Notes: generated by a model from the letters alone, not told the origin. A stretch of 64,000 bases of DNA from Octopus vulgaris (GCA_951406725.2 OX597816.1:170252001-170316000), one strand, 5' to 3'; counted from the stretch's first letter, positions 25,852-40,885 are shown. Made by a program: numbers and translations.

Positions 25852-26519
25852 GATCAAAATAAAAACATGATGCCAAGGATTCAGCGGTACATATGTCGGG
25901 CCTTTAAGGGCTTTGTCTGGCTCTTCAGACTCTCAATGTAGAATTCTACATTGAGAGAAGAAATATGAGATGGACGCTTCAATTCTATGCTGTTGCCGCA
26001 TTATGTCGTACGCGAATGAGAGGATTTGCATCCCCAACCAAGAATTTTTGATGTAACACATGTCCTTGAGGAAGTTGTTGTGCGCGGCTGAAGTAGGCCA
26101 CAGACATACATTATGCATTGTTATAAATCTATCTAATAAAGGCCCGAAACATATGTACCGCTGAATACTTGGCATCATGTTTTTATTTTGATCAATTTAC
26201 TCCACCACCTACACCACCAAACGGTATACACAGGTGCTTATAATTATCAAGTACTCACCCCGAATTTATATATATATATATATATGTATGTATATGTGTG
26301 TGTATGTTTGTATGTCTCTGTTTGTCCCCCCAACATCGCTTAACAACCGATGCTGGTGTGTTTATGTCCCCGTCACTTAGCGGTTCAGCAAAAGAGACCG
26401 GTAGAATAAGTACTGGACTTACAAAGAATAAGTCCCGGGGTCGAGTTACTCGATTAAAGGCGGTGCTCCAGCATGGCCGCAGTCAAATGACTGAAACAAG
26501 TAAAAGAGAGTAAAAGAGT
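25656..26519 (+). mobile_element. SINE family A interrupted by a fold-back insertion
   Basis: Head 25656-25813, tail 26290-26519. Confidence 0.9.
25848..26267. mobile_element. Fold-back element with hammerhead-like motif nested in SINE (TA)n
   Basis: Arms 25848-25906 and 26137-26197, perfect 28-bp palindrome 25930-25957, tail to ~26267. Confidence 0.85.
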
Positions 26520-27125
26520 ATAGTCTGCTGGTTGTATATATATCTGTATATGGCGACATTTATCTCTCAGCCTCTGACCGACAGCACCAACGGCCACGTT
26601 AGAAGTGGTGTATTCATGTCATCCATATTTGAATTTCCCCTGGAAATTCTGAGGTACAGTAAACGGCTTATCATTTAATTTCTACGGCTTCCATCATTTT
26701 CTGTAGAATCAATCAGATTATAAACCTGGGAGTACACATCTCTGTATATTACAATGAACGCATTTATGCATCTATGTGCGTAAAGTCTTTCGTGAATAAA
26801 GAAACATTTTATGTTCAGTTAAGCTATTGACGAAGAATTATGATTTTACGCTTGCACTCGATTCTGGGTGCATAGTTTCGTATATCGTATCAAGGTTCAA
26901 GCTAATGAAGGCGATCACGTAACTTCTGTTGTCATTCTTTTTTAATTAATAGTATTACTCTATGCTTATTTCATGCTTCAAATAAAAGAAGATGGCATTG
27001 AATACTTCAAACCACGCCGGCTGAGTTTAGTAATAGAATTCATTACGAGTGTAAGTATATTCTGTTTTAAAAGTGGTTATTGATAATGCTAAGGCAATGC
27101 GGAGGTAGGCGAGAAATACAAAGAT

Positions 27126-27157
<32 letters not shown>

Positions 27158-27163
27158 GCGCGC

Positions 27164-27240
<77 letters not shown>

Positions 27241-27337
27241 CACACATACATACACACACACATGCACGCACACACACATACACACACACACGCACACACA
27301 CACACACATACACACACACACATACACGCACAAACAC

Positions 27338-27475
27338 GACGAGACTCCTTCAGTTTCCGTCTATCAAATCCACTCAGAATCTGAGAGGATATTAGACGAC
27401 ACTTGCACAAGATACTGAACAATGGGACTGAACTCAGGACCACATAGATGAGAAACAAACTTTTCACATCCACAA
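27338..27475 (-). mobile_element. SINE family A 5' half (degenerate)
   Basis: ttcagtttccgtctatcaaatccactcag...gggactgaactcaggaccacat. Confidence 0.7.
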
Positions 27476-27971
27476 CGATATCTATGCATATGCATTTGTG
27501 TATGCATATGCATTTGTGTATGCATCAGCCGAAATTGCGAGGATGATCCGGTTCTTGACTGAAGATTGAAGGCTTCTAATATCCAGGTCGTTTTTTTTTG
27601 TATCATCTTCTAAATGTTTTGCGTTCTTGTCCCAGTTTGTATTTTATATGTGTGTGTGTGTGTACATGCATGCATGTATGTATGTATGTATGTATGTATG
27701 TATGTATGTATGTATGTATGTATGTATTTATGTATGTATGTAAGTAAATAAGTATGTATGTATATATGTACGTATATATACATAGTTATGTATGAGTGTG
27801 TACGTGTGTGTATGCGTGTGTGCATATACATTTAAGAATGCCCGTTTCTTTGAAAGTCGAATACTTCCACAATTAGACCTATATTTATACGCACACATTC
27901 ATTTTTGTTTTATACATACACAGTATGTATAGATAGTTACTTTCTACTTTCTGTCTGTCTGTCTTCCCCCC

Positions 27972-28019
<48 letters not shown>

Positions 28020-28106
28020 GGAGAGAGAGGGAGAGAGAGCGAATGCGAGAGGATAGAGGATAGAAAAAGAATGAGAGAGATAGGAGAGAGAGAGTAGAGA
28101 GTAACT

Positions 28107-28143
<37 letters not shown>

Positions 28144-28804
28144 CATACATATAAGCACAGATGAATATGCGTGCGTGTATGAATATATATAGTTATAGAA
28201 TGTTTTATTTCCACAGAAACATGCATTGTTAAATACATATGCATATACATTTGTTTCAAGTTAATAAGGTCTGCTACTCTTCTCACAAATGTAAATTCGA
28301 ACAGACACATACACAATACCTTGCAGCCATGCACGCGTGAACACACACACACACACACGCAAAAACCCCTCTCTCTCTCTCAGGCATATATACATACGTA
28401 TGAACTCACAGATGGGTTTCTCCCAATTTCGATATAGTTGTTCAAGCAGCTGATTTACCTTTTCATTCCACATCCAGACCGTGCGTGTGGCTTTAGAGTA
28501 ATTGTCTCGCAAAACCTGTGCGATGGACTTGTATAGAATTTCCTTCCGAGTAATTTCACTCAGATTGAATGTGACGACTTGCAGCAATAAAGAGAACAGC
28601 TTGAATAAGCCATACTACACCTGTGCGTGCATGTGTGTATGTGTGTGTGTGTGTGCGTGCGTGTGTATGAGTGTGTATATATGTGTGTATGTGTGTATAT
28701 ATACACACACAAATATCTACGTACGTAAGTATGTATGTATATGTTTTCTAATTTTTAATTATTATAAATCTTCCACAAAGATATACGGTTCCATCTTTGA
28801 GATG

Positions 28805-29830
28805 TAGTTAACAGACAAATCCACAATTGGCACTTGAGAAAAGTGTTGCATATCTTTAACGTTCCACTCACAGATTACACTTGTAATGTACGAATTAGCC
28901 GGTCGATTTCTCTTTCTGAAAATACCAGTTTATCCAGATTCTCATTTAAGCATTTACTGACAAAATATAATATGAATCCATACTCTGGATATAGAAGCTG
29001 AAGGTTTCGAAGCAGTTGTCCATAGACATCCTCTTTCTCTTTGATTTTCAAAGAGATATTTTTATCTGTATGGCAGCTGACCTTTATGATGGTACACATC
29101 TTTGGCCCTCTGTTCCAAACAACAATATCCAGCCTGTTATATTTACATTTGGCAGAAGTATTGATGGGAATATTCCACCAGCATTCCTTTAGTTAGTGTT
29201 TATGAATATACTCCATAATAGAGGGATTTTCTAAGTTTACTTCGGGACAGTCTTTTTTTGCGGATGGCATTGTAAATTGTGTTAGCAACAGCATCGTGCC
29301 GCATAGAACAGCTGCTAATCATATTCGTGGTGTCTTTCACAGAAACATGACAGACTACATATGCGGTTGCACCTTGGGATTACAAGAACATTTCTGTTTC
29401 TCTTATTTACCAGGTGCTTTATAGCAATTACCTGTTCCTGGATTGCTAACGCATAGCCTTCAAAGTGTGATGCGATGTAGTGGTCTTGCGTCCAAAAGAG
29501 GCTGCGCTTCGTGTCAATTCTACTGTCTTCTTCAAGCTTCCGGACAACATACCCATGCATACTCTTTTTTGTACGCTTAGTGCTTTCCATCCAGGTCTTC
29601 TCTGAAGTAAGAGAGCCCAGCTGTTTTTGGGGCTGTATAGGAGATCATCAGACAGAGCGTACTTCTTGAGGAGCACACTGCCAACTCGCACAATGTTGCT
29701 CACTTCACTTTTCGGCACTGAATTTATATATCTATTTTTGCTACTGTCTGGCAAGTGCTGCCTGAGTGACAAAAATCGGTTTGCAGTGATCTTAGGCTTC
29801 AACCACCTTAATTTCTTCTTAGGAAAAGTA
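28805..29830 (-). pseudogene. Decayed R4/Dong-like non-LTR retrotransposon (post-RT, CCHC and restriction-like endonuclease region)
   Basis: HFEGYALAIQEQVI; NRLDIVVWN...IIKVSC..DKNISLKIKEKEDVYGQL pattern of an RLE domain. Confidence 0.75.
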
Positions 29831-30002
29831 TATCAACATCACTATGTACCGAGATTTTAATCCATTCTTGTTGCTTTTTTCCTATTTGTAATCACCCCAC
29901 TTGTCGTATGGTTAACACCATATAGATATCCGGTGCATCCTAGTTAAGGACCATATTCATGTGAATTCTTTAGAATTCACTAGAATCTCAATTACTTAAC
30001 CG

Positions 30003-30129
<127 letters not shown>

Positions 30130-31040
30130 GTATGTACGTATGTATTAAGAACGTGATGCAGCTCTAAGATCCATGATACCACTCTAAACACAGTGGCACC
30201 TTTGGAACATAAATTTCCAGCAACATTATTGTATTTGTTTCTTTTGCATAGAAGCTGAATTTCTACGCCAAAGAATATGTCTGACAATATCTTTCTTTGC
30301 TTAAAATTTCTATTTGATAATATGAATTTTTTTTTTCTTCAAAATATCTCTCCAACAGCGATATTTCGATATTATCAACAAAGCAATTATTGATGTTAAT
30401 GATGACATAGTTATCAGCCATGTTGTGTATAGAGATTCTTTACGCGATGAATTCAACGCTGAATAAAAGATCCGGAATCGATGGTTTCTTTAATGAATGC
30501 GATCTGGAAAAATCACAAGAAAAAGCTAATTCCGTTACATGATATGCATGTCTCATTAACGGTGGTGTAATTTCGATGAATAGTAGTAGCGCATTACAAG
30601 AACGAAGGAACTAAAACCATGTATGTTTGTATACCTTTTTTTATGTATTAGAGTCCCTCTCTGTAGGATCAATGTAAATTCTAGCAGACGGGCAGAAGTC
30701 CTATTACTAAAATTGAAAAAAAAAAAGCAATAACTGTTATATAATGCACTTTAAGAAAGATTTGAATATTAATACTCCACAAATGTACTGTTTCTTTACT
30801 TGAAAATCCTAGCCTTTCCTGAGTGTCGCTTAGATATTTGGAAAGCCATATAAATCAATGATATTTGCATTAAATGCTAATTTATAAAGACGGGAGAGGA
30901 ACTTTAGGTTTCAAGCAGTTGTTCACAAACATTTCAATTGTTGCTGATTTTGTAAGAAATATTCATACCTGCAGGGTAGCTAAGTTTTGTGTGTTATTAT
31001 TGAAGCATTAATATTTTGCATCTATATGTAAGTATGTATG

Positions 31041-31071
<31 letters not shown>

Positions 31072-31485
31072 GTATGTATGTATGTATGTATGTATGTATG
31101 TATGTATGTATGTATGTATGTATGTATGTATGTATGCATGTATGTATGCATGAATATATGTACGTATGAAAGTATGTATGTATGGCTTATATATAAGAGA
31201 GATGCACACGCAGACACACATGCATGTATAAATACATACACTATAAAATATGTAAGATTATATTGTGGGCTTGAGGACTATTTATCCGCTAGGTATATCA
31301 CGTGTAGCTAGTATGTAACTACTTCGTGGTATCACATAGCTTTATAAAGAAGTAAGGTGTGATTGGATGGATATGTACTTGTCTCTAGCAGGTGCTTGCC
31401 AGTGCAATACCATTCGTCATCTTGCATACTTATGGGGAAAAGTTATTTAAAGGTGACTATCATATCCGTTTCCCGAGAGAATGTG

Positions 31486-31700
31486 GCGGGGCTGAAAAGT
31501 TCCTGGCTATGGGTAAGAGAAAATATAGCATGATCAGTTAATTATGATTTTATACAACATATTCCCTTCTCAGATTCACACTGTTACTGTAGCGGTCTTT
31601 CAGTTTTTCTAAGCCCTGTAAAAGAACACGGAAGGCTGGGCCTGCAGCCAGGTCTTTTGCGATACCCTTAAAGTCAGGAACTTTTCAACATCCCCGCGTA
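31486..31700 (-). mobile_element. Mariner-derived MITE
   Basis: Inverted termini gctgaaaagttcctggct / agtcaggaacttttcaac...cgta; homologous to 41253-41432. Confidence 0.75.
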
Positions 31701-32078
31701 AGTGCAATGAAAACGTTCTTCCCTATTTTGCGCTTCATTCTTGCGATATAAAAATATCTTTGTGACAATTTTCAGTTAGTGCTGTAGCTATTTAATGGTG
31801 GTAGAGATATGTTGGTGACGGTGGTGCTGATGGCTAATTAATATAATGATTATTAATATTATTGTTAATATTGTAGCTGTTGTTATTCCGACGCCAGTCC
31901 ACATCGACCAAAACTAAAGTCATTTCATCCGTGAACATGTTTTCTTTTAATATTCGCTGCAATTCAAGTTAGTAGTTGATGAAAATTTAACTGTAATTTC
32001 TAGCAGGTTGAGATAATCACGTAGATGTTGTTACGCTATTTTGAGTAATTCCATCATTGAAGATATCACAAGAAGAAA

Positions 32079-32117
<39 letters not shown>

Positions 32118-32127
32118 CATACATGTT

Positions 32128-32211
<84 letters not shown>

Positions 32212-32214
<3 letters not shown>

Positions 32215-32510
32215 GGAGAATTCACGAAAAAGACAAAAGGTGAAGACAAATGGTGTGGAAAACAAACAGATGTATTAGTATAACGCTCGGGAATTGAAAA
32301 AGTCTTTAAAGTTTCGAACCTACGCTTTTCCACAGAAAGAAACAAGGAGAGAAAAAATGTGTATAATGGCTACCGATCTATCATGGTGACTGCGGGACAG
32401 AAGGGGCACACAGGAGCGCGAAGAAGTAGGGGAGATGACAATTAAAGGTGATCCCAAAACGAAGGTGCGCGTGTGTGTAAGAGAGTACGTATGTGCGTTT
32501 GAAAGAGGGC
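32212..32510 (-). mobile_element. PLE-terminus-like non-autonomous element with variant hammerhead motif
   Basis: Minus strand ctttctgtggaaaagcgtaggttcgaaactttaaag; homologous to 59790-59930. Confidence 0.55.
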
Positions 32511-32627
32511 TAGTGGTCTTGACGTGTGCGTGTGCGTGTGCGTGTGTGTATGTGTAGGTGTGAAAATGTGGAGATAGATAGATAGAAAGATAGATAGATA
32601 GATAGAGAGACAGACAGATAGATAGAT

Positions 32628-32734
<107 letters not shown>

Positions 32735-33203
32735 CAGAATGATAGATAGATAGATAGTTATGTACGTGTGTATGCGTGTGTCACACATGCAGTGCCTCTG
32801 TCTTGTCCACTCAATTTATAACGTTCTCTCAAGCGTTCTGTTATGCATTTTATTTTCTTTCTCATGCCCTTGAATTCAATAGAGAGCTGCGAAAGGGAGA
32901 TCATTATAACACAAAATGTACCAAAGTTTCTGTAGCAATGCAAAATTTAAAACGAAGGATTAATTCATAGAAAATTATTACTACTCTATATATGTATAAA
33001 ATAAATATTATGTTATGCAAATTTTCCCTTACAGGGAGGCACCCATTTAATATATACAAAATCAAACGCGGGCACAGATGCGGGACAAGGTTTTATATAA
33101 GTCTGTACACATACAGACATACACACATATATATATACATTTATACACATGCACTCACAGTTATACATATGTATACAGTTATATATTTTTGTGTGTGCGT
33201 GTA

Positions 33204-33256
<53 letters not shown>

Positions 33257-33434
33257 TGTGTGTGTTTTTTGTAGGCATACTGGGATTTTGTTATTCATCA
33301 CGGGTATTTAAAGTTTATATAGAATAAATTATATATCTAGGAACATACACAGCGCCGCTGCAAACGCTATATTTTCATCCGTGCATGGGAATGTTTCAAT
33401 ATGAACATCACAGAAACATTATATATACATAATA

Positions 33435-33720
33435 CTTATGTGTGGTTGTGTAGCACCTAGGGCAAATGTCTTCTACTATAACTTCGGGTTAACCAAATGT
33501 TCTTGAGTGGATTTGGAAGACAGAAACTGAAAGGAACTCATCGTATGTATATGTACATATCTATGTGTGTGTGATTTTGTATCTGTGTTTGTCCCCAATT
33601 ATCGCTTTCCAACCGGTGTTGGTGTGTTTACGTCACGGTAAGTACTAGACTTAAAAAGAAAGTCCTGGAGCTGATGCGACGGTCCAGCATGGTCGCAGCT
33701 AGATGATAGACACAAGAAAA
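33435..33720 (+). mobile_element. Degenerate SINE family A
   Basis: gcacctagggcaaatgtcttctactata...gagtggatttggaagacagaaactgaaag. Confidence 0.7.
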
Positions 33721-33741
33721 GGATTATAAGTCTGTATATAT

Positions 33742-33834
<93 letters not shown>

Positions 33835-33837
<3 letters not shown>

Positions 33838-36800
33838 GGGAGAATAAGAAGACAAAATAACGAAACTGCACATTGGAAATCAAAAAAGTAAAGGCTTTTT
33901 TTATGAACAATAACAATAGATATATACAATTAGATAAACTGTGGTAAGAATAAATGTAATAAAAGTCATTATTGTGAATTGCTGAAGAGATTCGAAGGCA
34001 TACCGGTTTCGTAAAATTACTGTTCACTGGCTTTGAATGCGCACCGATTACCGAACGGTGTAGGGTCTACTAGTCCCTGAGTAAAAAGATTATGAGTAAG
34101 GGTGCTAAGTAGTTCTGGATTTAGTGCAATTAAGGTAGATATAATACTGTAATGTGAATGATGTATGGGATCTATGGGGGAGTGTTATTAACTGAAGGGT
34201 TAGTAGTGTTCTGTATTATGTTATGTGTTCATATTGAGTTGTGGAGGTTATTTATTGATGAAAGTTGCTTCTTTATTCATTATATTTGCTGTACTGTGGT
34301 GTTCTGTGAACATTGATAGAAGTGGAAAATTAGGAAATTAGGATTAAGGTTCCTAGCACACCTTTCTATGTGTTCACTGGCCTGTATCTGTCTGTATTTT
34401 GGGTGGCGGATTTTTTCTTTGTGTAGAGTGGTTCTTCGACGAAATGCTATTCCTGTTTGGCCAATATACTAATTATCGCACCCTAAGCATGTAATGGTAT
34501 AGATTAGGTTTTCCGAAGCACAGGTGAAATTTGATCTAATCTTAAATATTTCACCTCGTTTAAAGTGGAACTCTAAACTCTCCAAAAGGTTGGAGCATTT
34601 GCCACAGTTAGGTCGACCACATTTTTTTCACTTTTGGTTCCGTTTTTAATGGATATAGTCTTGCGCTGGTTAATATTTTTTCAATGATTTCGGTTGCATT
34701 TTGCTTTTGATAATTTTGTGTGTTCCTAAAATGTTCTCCATTATTTTATCTCCTGTGAGGATAGGTAGATTTTGGATGATAATGTTTAAGGCTTCATTGC
34801 TTCTAGGGTTATGCGTGGAGATGTATGTGAGTATTTTTAATTTAGTGTAGTATTTCGGTTGACTTTCCTTAATGTTCGTAAGTATAGCTCGTTTAATGCC
34901 ATTATTTATTAATGATATTGGGTAATGTCTTTTGATTAGTATTCATCTGAGTTCAAGGAGTCTTCGTTCACGTGTATAGGTATCCGAAACTATAGTACAG
35001 ATTCTTTTCGCTAGATTATAAGGTATATTAATTATTTATGTGTTTGGGATGGCATGAGTTGAATAATAGGTATTGTTTTGAATCTGTAGGTTTATAGAAG
35101 ATGTCTGTTTCGATGTGGTTCTTGACTAGTTTAATTAGGATGTCAAGAAAATGGAGTTGTTTATTGCTATGCTTCAAGGTGAATTGTATGTTGCTATTAA
35201 TATTGTTGAGCATTATTTTGAAATCGATGAATTTGTCCGTGCTATCTTTCCAAAGTATAAAGCAATCGTCTAAATACCACTTCCAGTTCTCCTCTAAATA
35301 TCAATGAAATGAGGTGCCATATTTTTGTAGTGATGATTGGTATATTTTGAGTCCTAGGTAACCCATTCTAGGTTTGCAATCGCTGGGGTAGCTCGGGTTC
35401 CCATTGCAATTCCACATTTTTGTCGATAGTAAACTGTATGAAACATGATGTAGTTGTTCAGTAGGATGAATTTGAGTGCTGCGATTATGAGTCTGTGGTT
35501 GATGCGTCCTGGGATCCCTTCTGAGTATTTTTCTAGCCAGAAGGTTATTGCTTCTATACCATAGTCGTGTGGGATATTGGTGTACAGGTTCACCACATCA
35601 AATGATACTAACAGGGTTCCTTCATTTATTGTATTCGGGAGGTAGTTAAGCATGTCTAAGTCATCCCTGATGAAACTTTTCACATATTTTAGAAACGGCT
35701 TGAGTAAGATGTCGAGGAAGTTGATCAAACTGTGGGTCTGACAAGCAGGGCCAGCAATGATGTGTCTAAGTTTGAGGTCAGTATGGGGAGGAACTTTAAT
35801 GCATAGGCTTGGAGAAACTTTGCAAGTTTTACAAATATGTAGATTTTTGTGTATTTTAGGTAATCCGTAGAATAGACTTGGTCTGTATTTAAAATTGGAT
35901 AAATAGTCAATTTCATTTTTAGAGAGAACCTTTCTATGTATTTGAAGTAAGGAGGATAAGTTTTTTAAGTGTCTTGTGTGGGTTGTATTGTACTATCTTC
36001 TCATAGTAAATATTGTTTTCCAACATGGGGAGTATTAAATTTTTGTAGCACTCTGTGTCCATCACCTCTACCGCACTTCCTTTATCGGCCTCTTTAATGG
36101 TGAGGTTCACATCATTTTTCACTCGATTAGGTCTTTCCATTCTTTTGCGTTAAAGTGGGATTTAATTCGCTGCTTTGGTAATGTGTTCACAAAAAGCATC
36201 AAGTGCTTTATTCCTGCCTTTTGTAGGACAGCATCCGCTTTTGTTTTTTACTATTGAGTCATCTTCGCTGGTGTATTTGTGAAGTGCTTCTGTGAGGTGT
36301 AATTTTCAGCAGAAATCCATAGGGTTATCCTTAATTTCATTCGGGTTCAATCTGTGAGGGGTTGGTTTAAACTTTAAACATCATGATAGAATTTTAGTTT
36401 GTGTATTACTTAGAATTTTCTTTGTTAAGTTGATTATTTTCGGTTGTTCTTGTACATTTTGTTCCATTTCACATCTCTGTTTCTCTGATTTAGGTCTAAA
36501 AAATGATTGTAGTAGGTGGGTTGTTGTGAAAAGTCTGTATTGTGTTTGGTTTGCTGAGGAGAAAATGGGTGAAAAGTGTGTCTGTGTTAGTATGTTTGTG
36601 GTGGAGTGGCTGTGTAGCGGACTGGATTTTGGTTGTACTGCGGGTTCTTATATTGTCTATGGTTGATGTGGTTTGGGTTAAATATATATTATTATTGTAA
36701 TGTGGGTGGAGGGAGAAGTTCTGTTGTCTAGTTTGGTTGTGTCTAGTTGAATGCTTGAAGTAACCACGTTGAGGGTTAAGTCTCGGGGGTAAATTCTTCC

Positions 36801-36860
36801 ACTGATTGTGAGATGATGGGGTAGATTGGTAGGTGCATTTTCGATTTCTTCATCTTACTT
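33835..36860 (-). mobile_element. Decayed Penelope-like retroelement (RT + C-terminal GIY-YIG)
   Basis: KEADKGSAV, LVSFDVVNLYTNIP, GIAMGT...ANL, YLDDCF, FLDI...YKPTD...SCHP, CGRPNCGKC, NLIYTITCLGC..YIGQTG; frameshifted; 3' end abuts (TA)n. Confidence 0.92.
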
Positions 36861-38781
36861 ACCCCTTACATTTTCACGTGTAGTTTCTATTTAGATCACT
36901 GATTAATACTGTTTCAACGAGTAAGAGACACAACTTTAGCCATATTTCGGTATTATTATTCCTTCTAAGCCAATCTTAAACTTTGTTGCCGAAGCATTGT
37001 TTTACTCAATGTGTAATCATTTTAAATTAGGTATTTATTGATATTCATGTTAAATGTCATTACACCAAATTAACTGTAGTGTGTCATGTAGATAGTTTCT
37101 CTGACTAATTAAGCTCAGAAATTCATTCTGAATTGTTTATAAAATTAGATGACTGACTCTATGTAATTAGTGAAGTTACGTTTTGCTTTGAAAAAGAGAT
37201 AAAGAAATCTCACAACTTGCTTTATAGCTCCAGCTTTTGTTGAGCTGCTCAGAATAGTTATCGTATATTCTGGTGAAACATATGTATGGCTGATTTGTAA
37301 GAAGACTATGGAGCATAAAGTCTAGTCACATTTAAATCATTATCTTCAAAACAATGCTTTGCTAAATTTAATATTATGTCAATACATGAGTGCATACATA
37401 CACACACCGACATACGTATTTCACGAAAGATTTGTCAATTCTGGCAACAGAAGATGTTTCCTGATACCATTTAAGGGTTAGTAGATTTGTGTAATACAGG
37501 AGAGAGAATAGAATGCACCGGCGTTCTGGATGTTCGACATTCCATCGATTAATCCATCATTTAATTTCGTCTGCACATTGACGCTGGTTATCTACAAGCA
37601 AAAAGTATACACATTTATTTATTCATCTGTTTGTAAGGAACTGCGGAAATCATGGTATGTAGAGTAGTTATATTATTTGTACGCTGAAATGTCTAGAATA
37701 AATACCAGGATTATTCTGCTGTCAATATAGTTGACGAAACCACTCACAAGGTAACACTGGCCTCCTCTCCAGACAAAAGAATTCGGGAATTGTTTGTACG
37801 TAATTCTTAAATTAATTTGCTTTAAACAATTTCTTTCAGATAAATAGAATACGTCTAATATAAAAATAGCATGAGATGCGAGAAAGAGAGAATAAATGTA
37901 AATAGCGGAAGAAGGTATCCTTTTACTATTGGAGATTTTATACTAGGAAAAAAATATTCCGTTAAAAAATCACAGGGAGAAATTACGTTACCATGGTGAC
38001 ACACATTTTAAGTGTTCATACAGAAAAAAGCGTTAAAACAAAGAAAATCTCACCTGTTCAATGACAAAAATATCTTCATCCATTAAGTATAAAGTGTTAT
38101 TTGATATTCAGAACATATTACGAGTAAATACACACATACTTACAAATATATATGCATACTCGCATGCACATATACATACAAATATATATGCATACTCGCA
38201 TGCACATATACATAAAAATGTGCGTGCATATGTACATTCGTGGCTTTTAAGAGCAGATTTAATAACTCCATGAGAAAGAATTAATCAATTGATTGTAGTG
38301 TTAAACAGCAACCAAGAGGATTCTAAAAAGGTGGGAAAAACTAGCTTGAAATTAGAGCAGGATACATTTGTAATGCGTGATTTAGCATGACACTGCTTCA
38401 TTATACGTGTAAATCGGGTGCAACATGGAATCATTCATGTTTAACAGAGCCTAACTCACAGGTTTTATATTTTGATCGGGTTAAAGATAAAATAGACACA
38501 TACTAAGCTAAAGCAACTGCAGGTCTCCCGCGAGGAAATATCAACAAATTATGGGAATCTATTCCCACATTAAAGGAATCCATAAAAAGTACAAATATAT
38601 TCGTACAGCAAAGACATACACGATATCATAAATATATTAAGACACGAAGGCGCACACATATAAATACAACAGACACTTTTGTCCTAATATATATATATAA
38701 GATAGCACGCATGTTTATCCGTTATTTCAGTTACTCATTTATATAGTAATAATAAGTAAAATGTGTATATATATATTATTA

Positions 38782-38824
<43 letters not shown>

Positions 38825-38826
<2 letters not shown>

Positions 38827-38948
38827 TTTTTGAAAAGGTTATAAGACGCAACGAAAATTTTAGAAAAATAAATAAGTAAATGAGTAGAAACTTTACCGGT
38901 GAGTGTGTTAAATAACAAGGTATTAAAAGCAAATGACTCTCCCCAGAC

Positions 38949-38955
<7 letters not shown>
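38825..38955. repeat. Fragment of interspersed repeat shared with 43140-43255
   Basis: cgaaaattttagaaaaataa...accggtgagtgtgttaaa...atgactctccccagacacaa in both places; this copy lies inside (TA)n. Confidence 0.75.
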
Positions 38956-39033
<78 letters not shown>

Positions 39034-39062
39034 GATATAGATAGATAGATAGATAGATGATG

Positions 39063-39100
<38 letters not shown>

Positions 39101-39187
39101 AAGATAGATAGATAGATAGATAGATGGACAGATAGATTGATAGATAGATAGATAGATAGATAGATATGTATGTATATATGTGTACTT

Positions 39188-39287
<100 letters not shown>

Positions 39288-39602
39288 ACACAGAAAGAAG
39301 AGACGGGATAGAAAGTGAGAGGCGGAGACAGAGATTTTGATATTTTACTCATACTCACTCTATAAATAAGCTTTTCCCACCCGAACAAAGAGAGTACCTG
39401 TTTACATAAGGAGAATCAATAAAATGTCAAAAGCAGTATCCATGCCATATTTATATAAAGACATTAGATGCGTAACATATACAAACGCAAACACCTCACC
39501 ACACATACGCATATATATATAAATATATATGTGCATATATATGTGTATATATATATATGCGTGCATATATCTAAATAGATATATGTATATATATATGTAT
39601 GT

Positions 39603-39643
<41 letters not shown>

Positions 39644-39668
39644 GGTGTACAATCAATTTATTTACACA

Positions 39669-39736
<68 letters not shown>

Positions 39737-40379
39737 TTATTTTCACGGTATGTATATATGTTCATACAAATGGGCACGTAGAAAACACCGACATTACAAA
39801 GTTTAGAAGTACAACTTTTCGACAAAAACATGAAAGGCAACTGCTGCTTCAAAAAAAAAATAAATAAACAATAATAATCCAGTACTCTTTATGTGACTTC
39901 TTTCCGGAAAGATAATAAAAGTATGGCTTTGAAGAAATCAGAAATTATGTGTGACCACTAATAATTTCAGCAGCTGTGAATAACAGAGTTAATGCTGCAA
40001 ATGCAAATACATATATTGAATGAGGTATTATTTCAGAGCTTATAAAACATGAGTTACTTTTGCTGCGAATATATAGCATGTTTCATTACATAACATGAAT
40101 TGCTTTCGTTATCTCAATGCGAGTAATTGTTCACGGTGTGCGTCACGGTGTGCGTCACGGTGTGCGTCACGGCATTTCACGTTTACTTCTCATGCAGATT
40201 TGCATTCATTCCACTTGTAATTGAACTATCTTTATGCCCTGTCATCTATGCCCTGTCGGGTGTAGCAGATGTAGGGGCAGAATGAATCAGATATAATATC
40301 AAATATATTAAATGATATGTAGCAAGACCCGAATGCACACGTCGATCAAATGATTAATGATAAGGTAATCGTTTCTCTT

Positions 40380-40885
40380 ATATTTCATTTGTTTCAGTCG
40401 TTGGACTGCAGCCATGCTGTGCATTGCCTTAAATGTTCTTAGTTGAACGAAGCACCCTTGCACTAGTACTTTTTTCTAAAGTCTGGTATTTATTTTATCG
40501 CTCTCTGACGCTGAACTGCTACGCTACGCGGGCGTAAGTAAACCAACTCCAGTTGCTCAAGCAGTATTGTGTGACAAATACAAAATAACGCACATTGATA
40601 TATACATACATATAGACAAATACATACACACTCGCGCACACAAACACATACACGCGCGCGTACACTCACACACACATAAGCACAGACAAGCACACACATA
40701 TACAACGGGCTTCTTTCAGTTGACGTCTACTAGATCCAATCACAAGACTTTGGTCGACCCTCTAAGAGAGGACACTAGCACTATACGAAAACACACTTGC
40801 TTAAGATGCCACGTAGTATGACTGAACCCAGGACCATATGATTGGGAAATAATCTTCTTGTCGCACAGCCTCACATGCGCCTATC
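40380..40885 (-). mobile_element. Degenerate SINE family A
   Basis: Reverse-complement tail and head recognisable. Confidence 0.75.

Noticed and set aside
36860-38660. Unique AT-rich stretch with scattered splice-like motifs (e.g. atg|gtatgt ~37654)
   Set aside because: No open frame or coherent exon chain that can be supported from sequence alone
40130-40172. 12-bp tandem repeat (tcacggtgtgcg)x3.5 and similar short arrays (38140-38215, 63408-63452)
   Set aside because: No unique spacers or cas genes, eukaryotic context; simple local duplications, not CRISPR
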